DNA of 46,231 nucleotides from an uncultured Acidimicrobiales bacterium (GTDB lineage Bacteria; Actinomycetota; Acidimicrobiia; Acidimicrobiales; SHLQ01): NCBI GenBank assembly GCA_964445255.1, contig CAYUKM010000003.1, positions 1 to 46,231 of the forward strand, read 5' to 3'. Shown piece by piece: positions 18,493 to 27,874 of this stretch (position 1 is its first letter; each line of letters starts with the position of its first letter). The notes under the pieces were generated by a model. It saw only the letters and a program-made list of their open reading frames with translations, ran no database searches and was not told where the DNA came from. The position numbers and the translations under genes were made by a program.

Positions 18493-18825
18493 ATGATCGA
18501 TGCACTTGAGGTTTCTGCGGAAGCCACTTCGTGGATGGAACGTGGGGCGTGTGCTGGCGACAGCGACCTTTTCTTTGCACCCTTTGCCGAGCGACCGGAG
18601 GCACGGGTCCGTCGCGAAGCAAAGGCTCGAGTTATCTGTGAGGAGTGCGCCGTCGTGTCGGCGTGTCGGGCATACGCTCGGGCCAACCTAGAACTCGGGT
18701 TCTGGGGCGGCGAGTCCGAATCGGAGCGCGCTGCTGCGGGGTTTGCCCCAACAACACCGATCATTGGTCGCCGCAAGGTGGCCGAGACCCGAGCCGCTGC
18801 CGCGCTCGGACGCTCGGTTCGCTAG
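18493..18825 (+). CDS. WhiB-family Fe-S transcriptional regulator (WhiB3/WhiD-like)
   Basis: W...GAC, FF, C-x2-C-x5-C, GFWGG; AGGAGG RBS before ATG 18493. Confidence 0.9.
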   Translation: MIDALEVSAEATSWMERGACAGDSDLFFAPFAERPEARVRREAKARVICEECAVVSACRAYARANLELGFWGGESESERAAAGFAPTTPIIGRRKVAETRAAAALGRSVR

Positions 18826-18845
18826 CGGTCACTAGCCGCCTCCAA

Positions 18846-19559
18846 CTAGTTCTGCACGCGTTCGACCACGCAGAAGCGTTGGTCGATCCGCGCGCGGTTA
18901 CGCTCGCCCCCGAGCGCTAAATCGCCGGACTCATAGGCAGCATCGCCACCCCACACCAACCACGAGTGTTCTTCACTTCGGATTGCTCGGGTGTGGTAAT
19001 AGCGCGGCCCGTGGGTGATTGCGTGATCGATGAGTTCGCCAACTGTGGCTGCTTGGGAAAGGTCGTGCAGCGTGCACCACGTTGGCGCGACCAACGGGAA
19101 ACTGTTCGCTGAGTGCTCGGTGAGGGCATCGTCGGCGCTGAGCCAGCGGGCTTCAGAGTTCTCTCGCTTGTCAACCACGAGCTCGCCCCGGGTCTCTGGG
19201 GCGAGAAAGAACCACGTCACAAACCGGTTGCGAACCGCTTTCGGTGGGATCCAATGGGAGTGCCACGCCAGCGTCGCCGTGGGGGCTGTAAGGCCGGTCT
19301 CCTCGTAGGTCTCGCGAGCCGCTGCGGCTGCGGCGGTTGCGAGGTGCTGAGGCGCTCCCCAATTTGCCGTCTCTTCGTCGTCGACGCCCGGGGTTGGCCC
19401 ATCTGATGGTTCCAACGTTCCACCAGGAAACGTCCACATGCCCCCGAAAGAGAGGTCCTCGTTGCGCTTCACCATCAGCACTTCGATTCCCGACGCTCGC
19501 TCCCGAAGGGGAATCGCGGTTGCGGCGAGTGCAAGGGCGGCGCTGTCAGGGGGTGTCAT
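18846..19559 (-). CDS. NUDIX hydrolase (Nudt19/acyl-CoA diphosphatase-like)
   Basis: FPGG ... AARETYEETGL, HWIPP...RF.TWFF, PT..TL motifs. Confidence 0.85.
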   Translation of the reverse strand: MTPPDSAALALAATAIPLRERASGIEVLMVKRNEDLSFGGMWTFPGGTLEPSDGPTPGVDDEETANWGAPQHLATAAAAAARETYEETGLTAPTATLAWHSHWIPPKAVRNRFVTWFFLAPETRGELVVDKRENSEARWLSADDALTEHSANSFPLVAPTWCTLHDLSQAATVGELIDHAITHGPRYYHTRAIRSEEHSWLVWGGDAAYESGDLALGGERNRARIDQRFCVVERVQN

Positions 19560-19564
19560 TGCTC

Positions 19565-19571
19565 TATCGTA
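19565..19571. promoter_or_regulatory. Overlapping bidirectional -10 boxes (TATCGT on +, TACGAT on -)
   Basis: Each hexamer lies 6 nt from a divergent ATG (19577 on +, 19559 on -) in a 17-bp gap. Confidence 0.7.
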
Positions 19572-19576
19572 AGACG

Positions 19577-20035
19577 ATGGATCACAACCACGGGCGACTC
19601 GACCCGCGCGATCGTGTGCAAGCCGCACAGCTACTCGACAGCATTCGGGCTACTCCCGGCTCCTGGTGCAACCTCTCGTTCGAAGAACTGGAGGAAGCGG
19701 ACAACTTTGATTCGCCTCTCTTCGGGTTCCTCGCCGCTCGAGGCCCGGCGAACGCACTCGCCACGATCATGCGCGACAACCCCGACAAACCGTTGTCGGT
19801 GGGCATTCAACATCAGGCAGGGACGAAGGCGGCTCAGCAGCTTCGTGAGGCTGAGCTCCCATTGCCTCCAGGAGCGCGCGTCCGTCAGGACCATCCTCGA
19901 CGGGGGCTTGTCGTGGAATGGCCTGACGATATAGCAAGTGAAGATCTTGCCGATTGGCTATTCGCCTCGATGCGAGTGCTGAATCGAACTCGCATCGGCG
20001 AATTTATTGGTTGGACCTGGTCGGTCCCGTCCTAG
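19577..20035 (+). CDS. Hypothetical protein
   Basis: ORF from MDHNHG with a leaderless -10; no recognised motif. Confidence 0.65.
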   Translation: MDHNHGRLDPRDRVQAAQLLDSIRATPGSWCNLSFEELEEADNFDSPLFGFLAARGPANALATIMRDNPDKPLSVGIQHQAGTKAAQQLREAELPLPPGARVRQDHPRRGLVVEWPDDIASEDLADWLFASMRVLNRTRIGEFIGWTWSVPS

Positions 20036-20041
20036 CTACTA

Positions 20042-20197
20042 CTAGCTAGCGAGGCTCCGGCGTTGGGTAGCGGGCTTCTGCGCTGCTTGACGAAGACGCA
20101 ACCACGTATCTGCTTGATTCCGGGTGACCGTTTGGGCCCCAGCTTCACAGATCATCGTGAGTCGTTCGCCAGACGCCGTTGTCTGGGTCATGCTCAT
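20042..20197 (-). CDS. Putative small protein (51 aa, MSMTQTTASGERLTMICEAG...RRSLAS)
   Basis: Open frame below the ORF-track cutoff; AGGA RBS just upstream of the ATG; fills an otherwise empty gap. Confidence 0.45.
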   Translation of the reverse strand: MSMTQTTASGERLTMICEAGAQTVTRNQADTWLRLRQAAQKPATQRRSLAS

Positions 20198-20287
20198 GTT
20201 CTGTCCTATGTAGTGACTATGTGTATGTATAGGAAACTTCGGACACTTGTGCCAAATTCCATCTAGTCAGTTTGGCACATTTCCCGC

Positions 20288-20809
20288 TCATGTAAAGGAC
20301 CCTTTTTGGGGTAACTTCTCACCGACGGTAGCCAAAACCACCAAATCGTCGAATGTGGGCTCGCCGAGACCGTCGCTGAACCACATCCGGAATCGCAGAT
20401 TGGCTCCCGAGGGAGCCTCCAAGTCTTCCACGATGACGCCGCTGTTTCCTAGCCATGAGTGGTTGTGGTCGCCAATCTGCCATCCGTTCCAGATCTGAAA
20501 CACCGTGTCGGCGGATTCGTCGCCGGAAAGTTCAACCCCAGAAACCGTAGGCACGTGGATCTCAACCAGCTCGGTGGGCGGGTGCTCCGACGGTTCCTGG
20601 TCGACGTGAGTGATACGTGCAGCCTGAGTGCGTGATCGGACGAATAGGACCTGCGCAACGTCGTCACGTTGACCTTCGATGACCAACTCCAGCGAGGAGG
20701 TAGGGCGCACAATGACCTCTGCCATCGATAGGACCTCAGCGTCATCGACGCGGATGCGATCAGTGCGTTGCTCGCGAAACTTCTCGGCGAGGGTGCGCGA
20801 TGAGTTCAT
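20288..20809 (-). CDS. Hypothetical protein, resembles polymorphic-toxin immunity-like proteins
   Basis: IWNGW...SWLGNSGVIVE...SDG...FDDLVV pattern; ATGA overlap with the upstream gene. Confidence 0.55.
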   Translation of the reverse strand: MNSSRTLAEKFREQRTDRIRVDDAEVLSMAEVIVRPTSSLELVIEGQRDDVAQVLFVRSRTQAARITHVDQEPSEHPPTELVEIHVPTVSGVELSGDESADTVFQIWNGWQIGDHNHSWLGNSGVIVEDLEAPSGANLRFRMWFSDGLGEPTFDDLVVLATVGEKLPQKGSFT

Positions 20810-21495
20810 TCTTCCTCGTCCCCGAACACCGACGACCCCAACGTGGGCTCATAGAGCGACTCAGAGGCAATCGGTGGGAATCCAATCACCGTTTTTGACT
20901 TTGGGGACCACGGCCAGGCGGTTGCGCCCGCATCATCACGATCAAGCATCTCCACGCGCCCGTTCACGGGGTTGTAGCGCTCGGGACGGACCCCTTTTTG
21001 GAGCCGCTCGAGATTCTCAAGACCAAAGAGTGGGGCGGAATCGACAGCCAGGGTTTTCCAAAAGGCATCGTTGGAAACCTCGGCCCCTGGCAATTGCACG
21101 GCGCTGACCGAGCCGACCGGTTCGTCGGTCTCACCTGTGGTCAGTGCGGGGCGGTCGACGACTTCCATCTCCAGCACAGGTGTCGGCGCGCTGCGCTGGA
21201 CCGCCGTTCCTGGAGGCAGCAGCGAGTAGTTCTCCGGTGGAGTCTGTCGACCCCATCGCCAGGTACGTGCTTTCGCTGGCGGTTCTTGGGCTAATGGGCG
21301 GCTACGCCCGAAGAGTCCGCTACCCAATCGATCGAGCGCAATCAGTGCAACCGCTGCCACGGCCCAAGCCACGAGCACCAACTGGAACATGTCGGGAGCG
21401 GTGATGGAGTCACAATTGACCGCCCCTTCCGGGCACTCCGCGAATTGGTCGCGGAACCACTGCACTGGGCCAAGGGACTGAAACCACTCGTTCAC
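20806..21495 (-). CDS. Single-pass membrane protein with a degenerate nuclease-toxin-like C-terminus
   Basis: TM LVLVAWAVAAVALIAL; Pro-rich linker; FWK..A..F..ENLERL.KG.RPERYNP..G..E; GTGA overlap with the nucleoside hydrolase. Confidence 0.6.
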   Translation of the reverse strand: MNEWFQSLGPVQWFRDQFAECPEGAVNCDSITAPDMFQLVLVAWAVAAVALIALDRLGSGLFGRSRPLAQEPPAKARTWRWGRQTPPENYSLLPPGTAVQRSAPTPVLEMEVVDRPALTTGETDEPVGSVSAVQLPGAEVSNDAFWKTLAVDSAPLFGLENLERLQKGVRPERYNPVNGRVEMLDRDDAGATAWPWSPKSKTVIGFPPIASESLYEPTLGSSVFGDEEE

Positions 21496-22406
21496 GCGTT
21501 GGACCCCGGTTCGATTGCCGCTCTAAGGATCATCGATCGCACAGTATCGGCATCGGCGGTGTGTACGTGTCTTTGAGGGGCTTCTCTGTCTGCGCTCACG
21601 ATGGTCTTTCCTCGGGTAACAGCTGAGTCCGTCTCGACGAGAATACGCGACGCAGAGTGAGCGAACAGGTCAGGGTGAGTTGCACCAAGCACTGCACACG
21701 CATCGTGAATTGGTTGTCCAAGTTCTTCACTCGACGTAGTCGAACGGTAGTGGGACAAGAATTCGGCCAAGTGGACGCTCGTTGGCGTGCCCGCTTCGCG
21801 CAGCTCAGTAATCGCAACGTTGTTCAGTCGGACTTGATACGTGAGATCGAGGCCGTACATCGAGAGTGGACAGTTGCTGGCTAGGGTCACCGCCACCGCA
21901 TGTGGGTCGGCCCACGAGTTGAACTCTGCGTGCGGGGTGGTGTTTCCCGCTTGGGCGGAACCTCCCATCCAATGGAGGTGCGCGATCCGGTCCGCCAGTG
22001 TTGGGTCAGCCAGCAAAGCCTGGGCGATGTTGGTGAGTGGCCCGATGGCGACGATCACGGCGTCGCCGCTTCGGCAGTGGGCCAGGATCGCGTCGACGGC
22101 CGTCATGTCGCTGATGGGGACCGATGGCTCGGGTGTGTCGAAGTTGCCCAAGCCCGATGATCCGTGGATGTCACGGGAGAAAGCAGGTGCGACTTCCAGT
22201 GGGGCCGAAGCGCCTTGATGAACCGGCACGTCAGGTGCTCCGGCAAGCTCCAGAATCCACCGAGCATTTCGGGTCGTGTTCTCTACTGGGACATTCCCGC
22301 TGACCGTCGTCACAGCGGTGAGGTCTCCGTAGGTCAGCGCACAGAGGATCGCGAACGCGTCGTCGATGCCGGGGTCACAATCCACCAGCAGCTGAGCGCG
22401 TTCCAA
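21492..22406 (-). CDS. Nucleoside hydrolase (IU-NH/Rih family)
   Basis: DCDPGIDD, VSGN, HG..GLG, IGPLTN, MGG, AEFN..DP, HDA; TTG start 22406 preferred over 22754. Confidence 0.93.
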   Translation of the reverse strand: MERAQLLVDCDPGIDDAFAILCALTYGDLTAVTTVSGNVPVENTTRNARWILELAGAPDVPVHQGASAPLEVAPAFSRDIHGSSGLGNFDTPEPSVPISDMTAVDAILAHCRSGDAVIVAIGPLTNIAQALLADPTLADRIAHLHWMGGSAQAGNTTPHAEFNSWADPHAVAVTLASNCPLSMYGLDLTYQVRLNNVAITELREAGTPTSVHLAEFLSHYRSTTSSEELGQPIHDACAVLGATHPDLFAHSASRILVETDSAVTRGKTIVSADREAPQRHVHTADADTVRSMILRAAIEPGSNA

Positions 22407-22411
22407 CTTCG

Positions 22412-23074
22412 TTAGGCCCAGGTTTGTGGGTTTGGGAAGATCCGGTGTTCGGTGATCATGTTTGCCGTGAGGGACTCCGGGTCGAGGAGCTCGCTCTCCA
22501 GGAGCGGCTTGAGCGCCCGACTGGTGAGGTTGTCTGCCGGGTCTTCTCCAAGCGGGAAGGACAACGAAATATTGACCGCCGTCAGAGCAGAACCCTCGCC
22601 CGCGACCATCGCTCGGATTCCGACACCCGGCAGTTTCTGTGCACAACTGGACAGCCCTTCTCTGACCCAGTTCGTCAGGCTCGGAAGATCGACTCCCGGG
22701 CCGCCCTCGGCTCGAAGGCGCACGGCAGTTCCAGGAGTAGCTGTGCCTGGCCATGTTTTTTCGCGTTCCGCGATCTCGATCCGTTCTACTTCGCCGAAGG
22801 TGTCAACAGTTGCGAAGCGCTCGGAAAGCGCCGACATGTCTGGCTGTGCATCAATGTCCATCTCCGCAGAAATCGCGATAAGTACGCCGTCTACTGCTCC
22901 GGAAATACCGAAGGCGTCTTCTGCCCCGAGGTCTCGAGGGATGTCTACGAGCACTTCGGAGATCGAGGATCGAACCGATAGCAGCGTCGCTACCGCGCCT
23001 CGAATGACACCGTCTTCTACTTCGAACTTATTGGTGTCTCCGTGTGGTCGGAGGGTATAGAGCTGGTGGTGCAC
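22412..23074 (-). CDS. Hypothetical protein (possible degenerate EthD-like dimeric barrel)
   Basis: Leaderless TAAGAT 7 nt before GTG; first gene of a tight minus-strand run. Confidence 0.6.
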   Translation of the reverse strand: MHHQLYTLRPHGDTNKFEVEDGVIRGAVATLLSVRSSISEVLVDIPRDLGAEDAFGISGAVDGVLIAISAEMDIDAQPDMSALSERFATVDTFGEVERIEIAEREKTWPGTATPGTAVRLRAEGGPGVDLPSLTNWVREGLSSCAQKLPGVGIRAMVAGEGSALTAVNISLSFPLGEDPADNLTSRALKPLLESELLDPESLTANMITEHRIFPNPQTWA

Positions 23075-23102
23075 GGCTGTGATCTTAGTACTGAGCCGCG
23101 GG

Positions 23103-23429
23103 TCACTCGGTCTTATGATCCGCCCGGTTTCTTGTTACCTCGGAGCGAATTCGGAAGGCGATGAAGACCAGCCCACTGAACAAAATGACCGCGAGGCCCA
23201 ATTGGATCAGGCCGCCTCTGTCACCAGCGTCCTCCGGTGCGGGACCAGGGTCGGGTGAACCGGTGATCCTTCCAAGATTTGGTGCCTCGTCTGGCTCGTC
23301 CTCCAGGGGTGTGACCTGGGCTGCGGCAGGTGAAGGATTGGTGACAACGATCGGTCCGGAGACCACGAAGAGTGCCGTCATGACGGCAAACGCCACCCAA
23401 CGGATGCGTGAGTGAGATTGCCAGAGCAC
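23103..23429 (-). CDS. Small exported/membrane protein
   Basis: Signal-like N-terminus ending AAAQ, Pro-rich GPAPEDAGDRGG linker, C-terminal TM with basic tail; start uncertain. Confidence 0.6.
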   Translation of the reverse strand: MLWQSHSRIRWVAFAVMTALFVVSGPIVVTNPSPAAAQVTPLEDEPDEAPNLGRITGSPDPGPAPEDAGDRGGLIQLGLAVILFSGLVFIAFRIRSEVTRNRADHKTE

Positions 23430-23530
23430 GTCCTAACGCTACCGATAGTTCGCCGCCGGAGGCGCAGTCGAATATTGAGAAATCCCGCTGTTTCCGCGCG
23501 ATTTCGGTGTTGTCGCGGCACACTTGCGCA

Positions 23531-24214
23531 GTGAATTCGATACAGCACGAGTTCAGCCCTTCCGTTCGACGGGTACTCGATAACCCGCGTCCGGAGTGGC
23601 GAGGCCGGATGCACCGCTGGATGATCCCGGTCTCGGTTGTTGTTGCCGTAGTGCTCATCGCGGTGTCGCAAAGCCTTGGTGCAGCAATCGTCGCGCTGGT
23701 CTACGGGGTCGGGGGGATCGGTCTCTACACCATCTCCGCCGCTGCGCACTACAAGGTTTGGGACCCGACTCGGCTGCACTTTCTCTTTCGGCTCGACCAG
23801 TCGATGATCATGGCCTTCATCGCAGCCTCCACGCTGACTGTCGGTTACGCGATCGGTGGACGGGCGGGCCTGTGGCTGGCTCTCGGCATGGCGATCGGCA
23901 CGGGGATGGGCATCGTGCTTATCTGGGCGCCCTTCCATCCGCCGCGAGGGTTCACAAATACGCTCTTCTTGGCCGTTTCTTGGTGGCCGATCCTATTCAT
24001 CGGCGCTATCGCGGATGGTTTGGGGGCGACCGGTTTGACGTTCCTGCTCGCCGGTGCGGCGGTCTACACAATCGGTGCTTTGGTCGTCGGTAGTCAGCGT
24101 CCCAACCCGAAACCGTTGGTGTTTGGCTATCACGAGATCTGGCATGTCTTCGTCATCGTGGCCTACGCCCTGCATACTGTGATGGTGGCTCTGATTGTCT
24201 CGGGAAACCTATGA
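23531..24214 (+). CDS. PAQR / hemolysin III-family membrane protein (TrhA-like)
   Basis: RG.MH, SAAAH, RLDQSMI..IAAS, YTIGA, FGYHEIWHVFV. Confidence 0.9.
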   Translation: MNSIQHEFSPSVRRVLDNPRPEWRGRMHRWMIPVSVVVAVVLIAVSQSLGAAIVALVYGVGGIGLYTISAAAHYKVWDPTRLHFLFRLDQSMIMAFIAASTLTVGYAIGGRAGLWLALGMAIGTGMGIVLIWAPFHPPRGFTNTLFLAVSWWPILFIGAIADGLGATGLTFLLAGAAVYTIGALVVGSQRPNPKPLVFGYHEIWHVFVIVAYALHTVMVALIVSGNL

Positions 24215-24233
24215 GGCCTAGACACCCCAACCC

Positions 24234-24938
24234 ATGACCAATCACGACGACGATCTTCCACTGGCGTATCGGAAGGGTTCTTCCACCGAAGGCTTATTGC
24301 CGATCGTTGGTTTCGTGATCGGCGAACAGCTTGGATCCCGGCTGTTCAACGATCTTTGGGGCGACCGGCTCGCGATCATTCTCATGACCTTGGCGGCAGG
24401 TTGGGCCGTCGTGCAGCGCCAGCGCCGGGGCGAAGCGATCGGTTGGTGGATCCCCTCGATCGCCGTGTATCTCTTCTTTCGCGGTATCGCCGGGCTCATC
24501 TGGGGCGAAGACGTCTTCCTGGCGATTGGCATCGGCCTGAAGGTGGTTCTCGGGCTGGCCGCACTCGTTTCAGTGCTCATTGGCCAGGCCCTCGCGGCGA
24601 AACTCGCGCCCCTCGTGCTGCCCTTTAGCGAACAGACCCAAGCCCACGAGCGCTACCGGTCGACCATGCGCAACATCACCTTGGCCTACGCCATCTATCA
24701 GCTGGTCACGGTGGGCTTTGAGATCTGGTTGCTCGGTGAATCCGACTCGGGCACGGCGTTCCTCATCATTCGTACCTTGGTCGGAACCGCCGCCGGGTTC
24801 ATCGGTTTCATCGGCGCTGTTATCTATGCCGACCGACGCCTTCGGGCCATCCCTGAGTTTCCCGGAGTCCTCGATATGTTCGAGGAGATTGGGCTGAAGC
24901 TCGAGGAACGGCGAGCGGCCGATCGCGACAAGTCTTAG
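24234..24938 (+). CDS. Hypothetical membrane protein (VC0807/DUF3159-like)
   Basis: About six hydrophobic segments; SVLIGQ.LA motif. Confidence 0.6.
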   Translation: MTNHDDDLPLAYRKGSSTEGLLPIVGFVIGEQLGSRLFNDLWGDRLAIILMTLAAGWAVVQRQRRGEAIGWWIPSIAVYLFFRGIAGLIWGEDVFLAIGIGLKVVLGLAALVSVLIGQALAAKLAPLVLPFSEQTQAHERYRSTMRNITLAYAIYQLVTVGFEIWLLGESDSGTAFLIIRTLVGTAAGFIGFIGAVIYADRRLRAIPEFPGVLDMFEEIGLKLEERRAADRDKS

Positions 24939-26569
24939 GATCCGGTCAACTCGTCGAGCCACTCCTCGGCTACGGCGAGACGACGCTCGAGTTGTTGGGC
25001 GGTCGCTTCGGTGATTCGGTGCACACCACTGCGACGGTTGAGCTCACCATTGACCGCACGATGCTCCCAGCCCACCAAACGAGCGATCGTTCGCGCCCGG
25101 TCTGCATTGCGATCGCGAAGCTCACGTTTGTTGGCGAAGCGGCTGCGTAGTTCGGCGAGCTCCTCGGGGATCGCCGGGGTTGCATTGCGGCCCGCGAGTG
25201 GGGGAGGTGGGGGTAGGTCGAATGGATGTCCGATCAAGTCAGCACCCGACGCGATGACTGCGGCTTCGCTGGGATCGAGCCCATCCACACCATCTGCTTC
25301 ATCGACGACACTCGACGAGAGCGCGGAGAAGAGCGACATCTGTTCGGTGGAGTCATCGAATGCGACTTCACGGGGTGCCTCTGGGGCGGGGCGCTTGTCG
25401 ATCGAATGACGCCTTTCCATAGCGATCGTGGCGGCATGTTGACGCAGGCGATGGTCGTCGGGAATGAAGAAGTAGGACGGTTGGGCGGAGTAGCCAGGGA
25501 TCCATCGAGCGATCCGCCCAACGGCTTGTCGGAAGAACAGTGCCGTCGTCGTTGTACTGGCGAACACCGCTACCCGGAGCCGCGGCACGTCAACCCCCTC
25601 AGAAATCATGCGCACCGCGACCACCCACTTGGCGTCGCTTTGCGAAAACTCGCCGATCTTGGTCGATGCTCTCGGATCATCACTGAGAATCAGCGCGGGT
25701 GACTCTCCAGTAAGCGCCGCGAGCTGTGTGGTGATGGCATGTGCATGCTCATGATCGGTCGCAATCACCAGGCCCCCGGCGTCGGGGTGTTGGCCCCGAA
25801 TCGAGGTCAGTCGGGCTTCGGCCTTCGTGAGCACGGTCGGCAACCAGTTGCCGTCGGGGTCGAGAGCGGTTCGAAGGCGAGCACTCCAGTCCTCGCGGGT
25901 CACGGTGTCAGTAAAGGTGGCTTCCTTTAGCGCTCCGGTCGGATCTACCCATTCCATATGGCCATCGAATCGAGGGAAGTACACCGGTCGGACTACCCCT
26001 CCTTCGGTTAGCGCTTCCCCATAGCCGTATTCGATGTCGGCGACCGCGTCGCCGTGATCGCCAAAGGTGTAGCGGACGAAGGGGATCGGGTTGTTGTCGC
26101 TGCGAAACGGTGTGCCCGACAAGAGAAGACGTACCCCGGCGGTTCCGAACGCGTGGTACACGCCATCGCCCCACGAGCGATCGTTGGCCGCATGGTGCAC
26201 CTCATCGAGAACCACGACCCCGCCGTCGACAAGTTGTCGGAGGTGATGACGGGCGGACGCGGCTTGAGCGTAGGTAACGATTACCCCATGCATGTCTGAC
26301 GCAATGCCGCTTTCGGGGTGCCAATCCGGGTCGAGGTGTAGCCCGAAACGCGCCGCAGCTTCGGCCCACTGCTGTTTCAGATGCGCCGTTGGGACGGTGA
26401 TCGCTACCGGGCGGGGAAGGCCGGCGAGTTCGGCGCGGATAGCTGCCAGAGCGAAGGTGGTCTTGCCAGCACCGGGGCATGCCACCGCCAAGAAGTCAGG
26501 AAACGGGCGATCAGCGAATGCGATTAGAGCGTCGCGCTGCCATCGTCGGAGAGAGACCGTAGAACTCAT
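24935..26569 (-). CDS. SF2 DEAD/DEAH-box helicase (ResIII-like)
   Basis: LRRWQ Q-motif, ACPGAGKT, LDEVHHA, LSGTPFRSD, SEGVDVPRL, QAVGR..R. Confidence 0.9.
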   Translation of the reverse strand: MSSTVSLRRWQRDALIAFADRPFPDFLAVACPGAGKTTFALAAIRAELAGLPRPVAITVPTAHLKQQWAEAAARFGLHLDPDWHPESGIASDMHGVIVTYAQAASARHHLRQLVDGGVVVLDEVHHAANDRSWGDGVYHAFGTAGVRLLLSGTPFRSDNNPIPFVRYTFGDHGDAVADIEYGYGEALTEGGVVRPVYFPRFDGHMEWVDPTGALKEATFTDTVTREDWSARLRTALDPDGNWLPTVLTKAEARLTSIRGQHPDAGGLVIATDHEHAHAITTQLAALTGESPALILSDDPRASTKIGEFSQSDAKWVVAVRMISEGVDVPRLRVAVFASTTTTALFFRQAVGRIARWIPGYSAQPSYFFIPDDHRLRQHAATIAMERRHSIDKRPAPEAPREVAFDDSTEQMSLFSALSSSVVDEADGVDGLDPSEAAVIASGADLIGHPFDLPPPPPLAGRNATPAIPEELAELRSRFANKRELRDRNADRARTIARLVGWEHRAVNGELNRRSGVHRITEATAQQLERRLAVAEEWLDELTGS

Positions 26570-26604
26570 CGGAGCGATCAAACTACCCGGCGATAGTCTC
26601 GGGG

Positions 26605-26976
26605 TTGATGGAGCAGGTCGTCTTTCACATTATTTCTCGAACCGTTTGGGGCGAAGCTCAAGGCCAGGGCACCTACGTGCCCGACCGGTATATGGATGAG
26701 GGGTTTATTCATCTATCAAAGCGAGGACAGATTCTGCGGCCCGCAAACTTGTTGTACCAAGGTCGCGACGACCTTCTTCTGCTCGAAATCGATGCGATCG
26801 CACTCGAGGGCGAGCTTCGCTACGAACCCGGCTCACATGGGGAAGGCGAACACTTTCCACATCTCTACGGCCCACTCAACCTTGACGCGGTGCGGACAGT
26901 CCACGACTTTCCTTGTCAGCGCGACGGTAGATTCAGTTTGCCCGCTGACGTAGTCAACGAGACCGAAGAAAGCTGA
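26605..26976 (+). CDS. DUF952 family protein
   Basis: FHII, EGFIHLS, LLLLEID, FPHLYGPLNLDAV. Confidence 0.88.
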   Translation: MMEQVVFHIISRTVWGEAQGQGTYVPDRYMDEGFIHLSKRGQILRPANLLYQGRDDLLLLEIDAIALEGELRYEPGSHGEGEHFPHLYGPLNLDAVRTVHDFPCQRDGRFSLPADVVNETEES

Positions 26977-26980
26977 GCGC

Positions 26981-27874
26981 CTAGGAAATCCCGAGCGAGG
27001 AGTCGCTCACAGAGGTGAGTCGCAGATTGTTCAGCGCGTTCTCGATGTTGACTCGTGCTTCCTCAAGGTTCTGCTTCGACATCTTCTCGGCTTCAACGAG
27101 TTCGTTGAGCGTCCGACGCGCGGATTCGAGCATCTCGTCGGCCTCGGCCTTTGCATCTGCTTCAGCTTGCTTGCGAATCTCGTCGGCTTCTCGCTTGGCA
27201 TCTGCGAGTGTTACTTCAGCGTCCTCGGACGCAGCACTCAACTTGTCTGCCGCGAGCTTGCGGTCAGCTTCGACCGCAGCTGTCAGTTCAGTGCGTTCGC
27301 TTTCGGCCCGGTCGCGAACGTCGACTGCGTAGGAGTCTGCTTCCGTGCGGGTTTGGTTCGAGTAACCCTCAGCCTCGGTGCGGATTTCCGCGGCGCGTTC
27401 CTCAGTGCGGGTAATCAACTCACCCGCAGCTTGCTCGTGGGCGAGACGATCGGCCTCGATGTCGAGACGGATCTGGTCGACGAGCGTTCGAGCCTCCGAC
27501 TCGGCATCGCTTCGGATCTTCATGGCGCTTTCTTGTGCTTGGCGCAACATGACGGAGATTTCCGTGCCGACACGATCGAATTCGTCGGAATTGAACGACT
27601 GCATCGATTTCGAAGGCGCAGGCTCTGGTGTGAGCGTCGATATTTCTTCGGCAACGACGTCGGTCTGGTCCTGGCTCGATGCTCCATCCTCACCAGGAAC
27701 GACCTCGGCGACGATGATGTCATCACCACCAGCATTTCCTGCGGCCACGGACTCATTAAATGCTGCCAGCTCATCAGCGATAGCAGCGAGATAGCGGCTG
27801 ACCTCTTGTTGGTCATAACCCCGCCGGTGGATAGAGAATGTCTTGTTACGAATTTCGTCGGGCGTGATCGCCAT
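26981..27874 (-). CDS. DivIVA-domain coiled-coil protein
   Basis: ITPDEIRNKTFSIHRRGYDQQEV..YL N-terminal DivIVA motif followed by a long A/E-rich coiled coil. Confidence 0.88.
   Translation of the reverse strand: MAITPDEIRNKTFSIHRRGYDQQEVSRYLAAIADELAAFNESVAAGNAGGDDIIVAEVVPGEDGASSQDQTDVVAEEISTLTPEPAPSKSMQSFNSDEFDRVGTEISVMLRQAQESAMKIRSDAESEARTLVDQIRLDIEADRLAHEQAAGELITRTEERAAEIRTEAEGYSNQTRTEADSYAVDVRDRAESERTELTAAVEADRKLAADKLSAASEDAEVTLADAKREADEIRKQAEADAKAEADEMLESARRTLNELVEAEKMSKQNLEEARVNIENALNNLRLTSVSDSSLGIS

Noticed and set aside
22407-22754. Extended N-terminus of the nucleoside hydrolase
   Set aside because: Overlaps the upstream same-strand gene; the family motif begins right after TTG 22406
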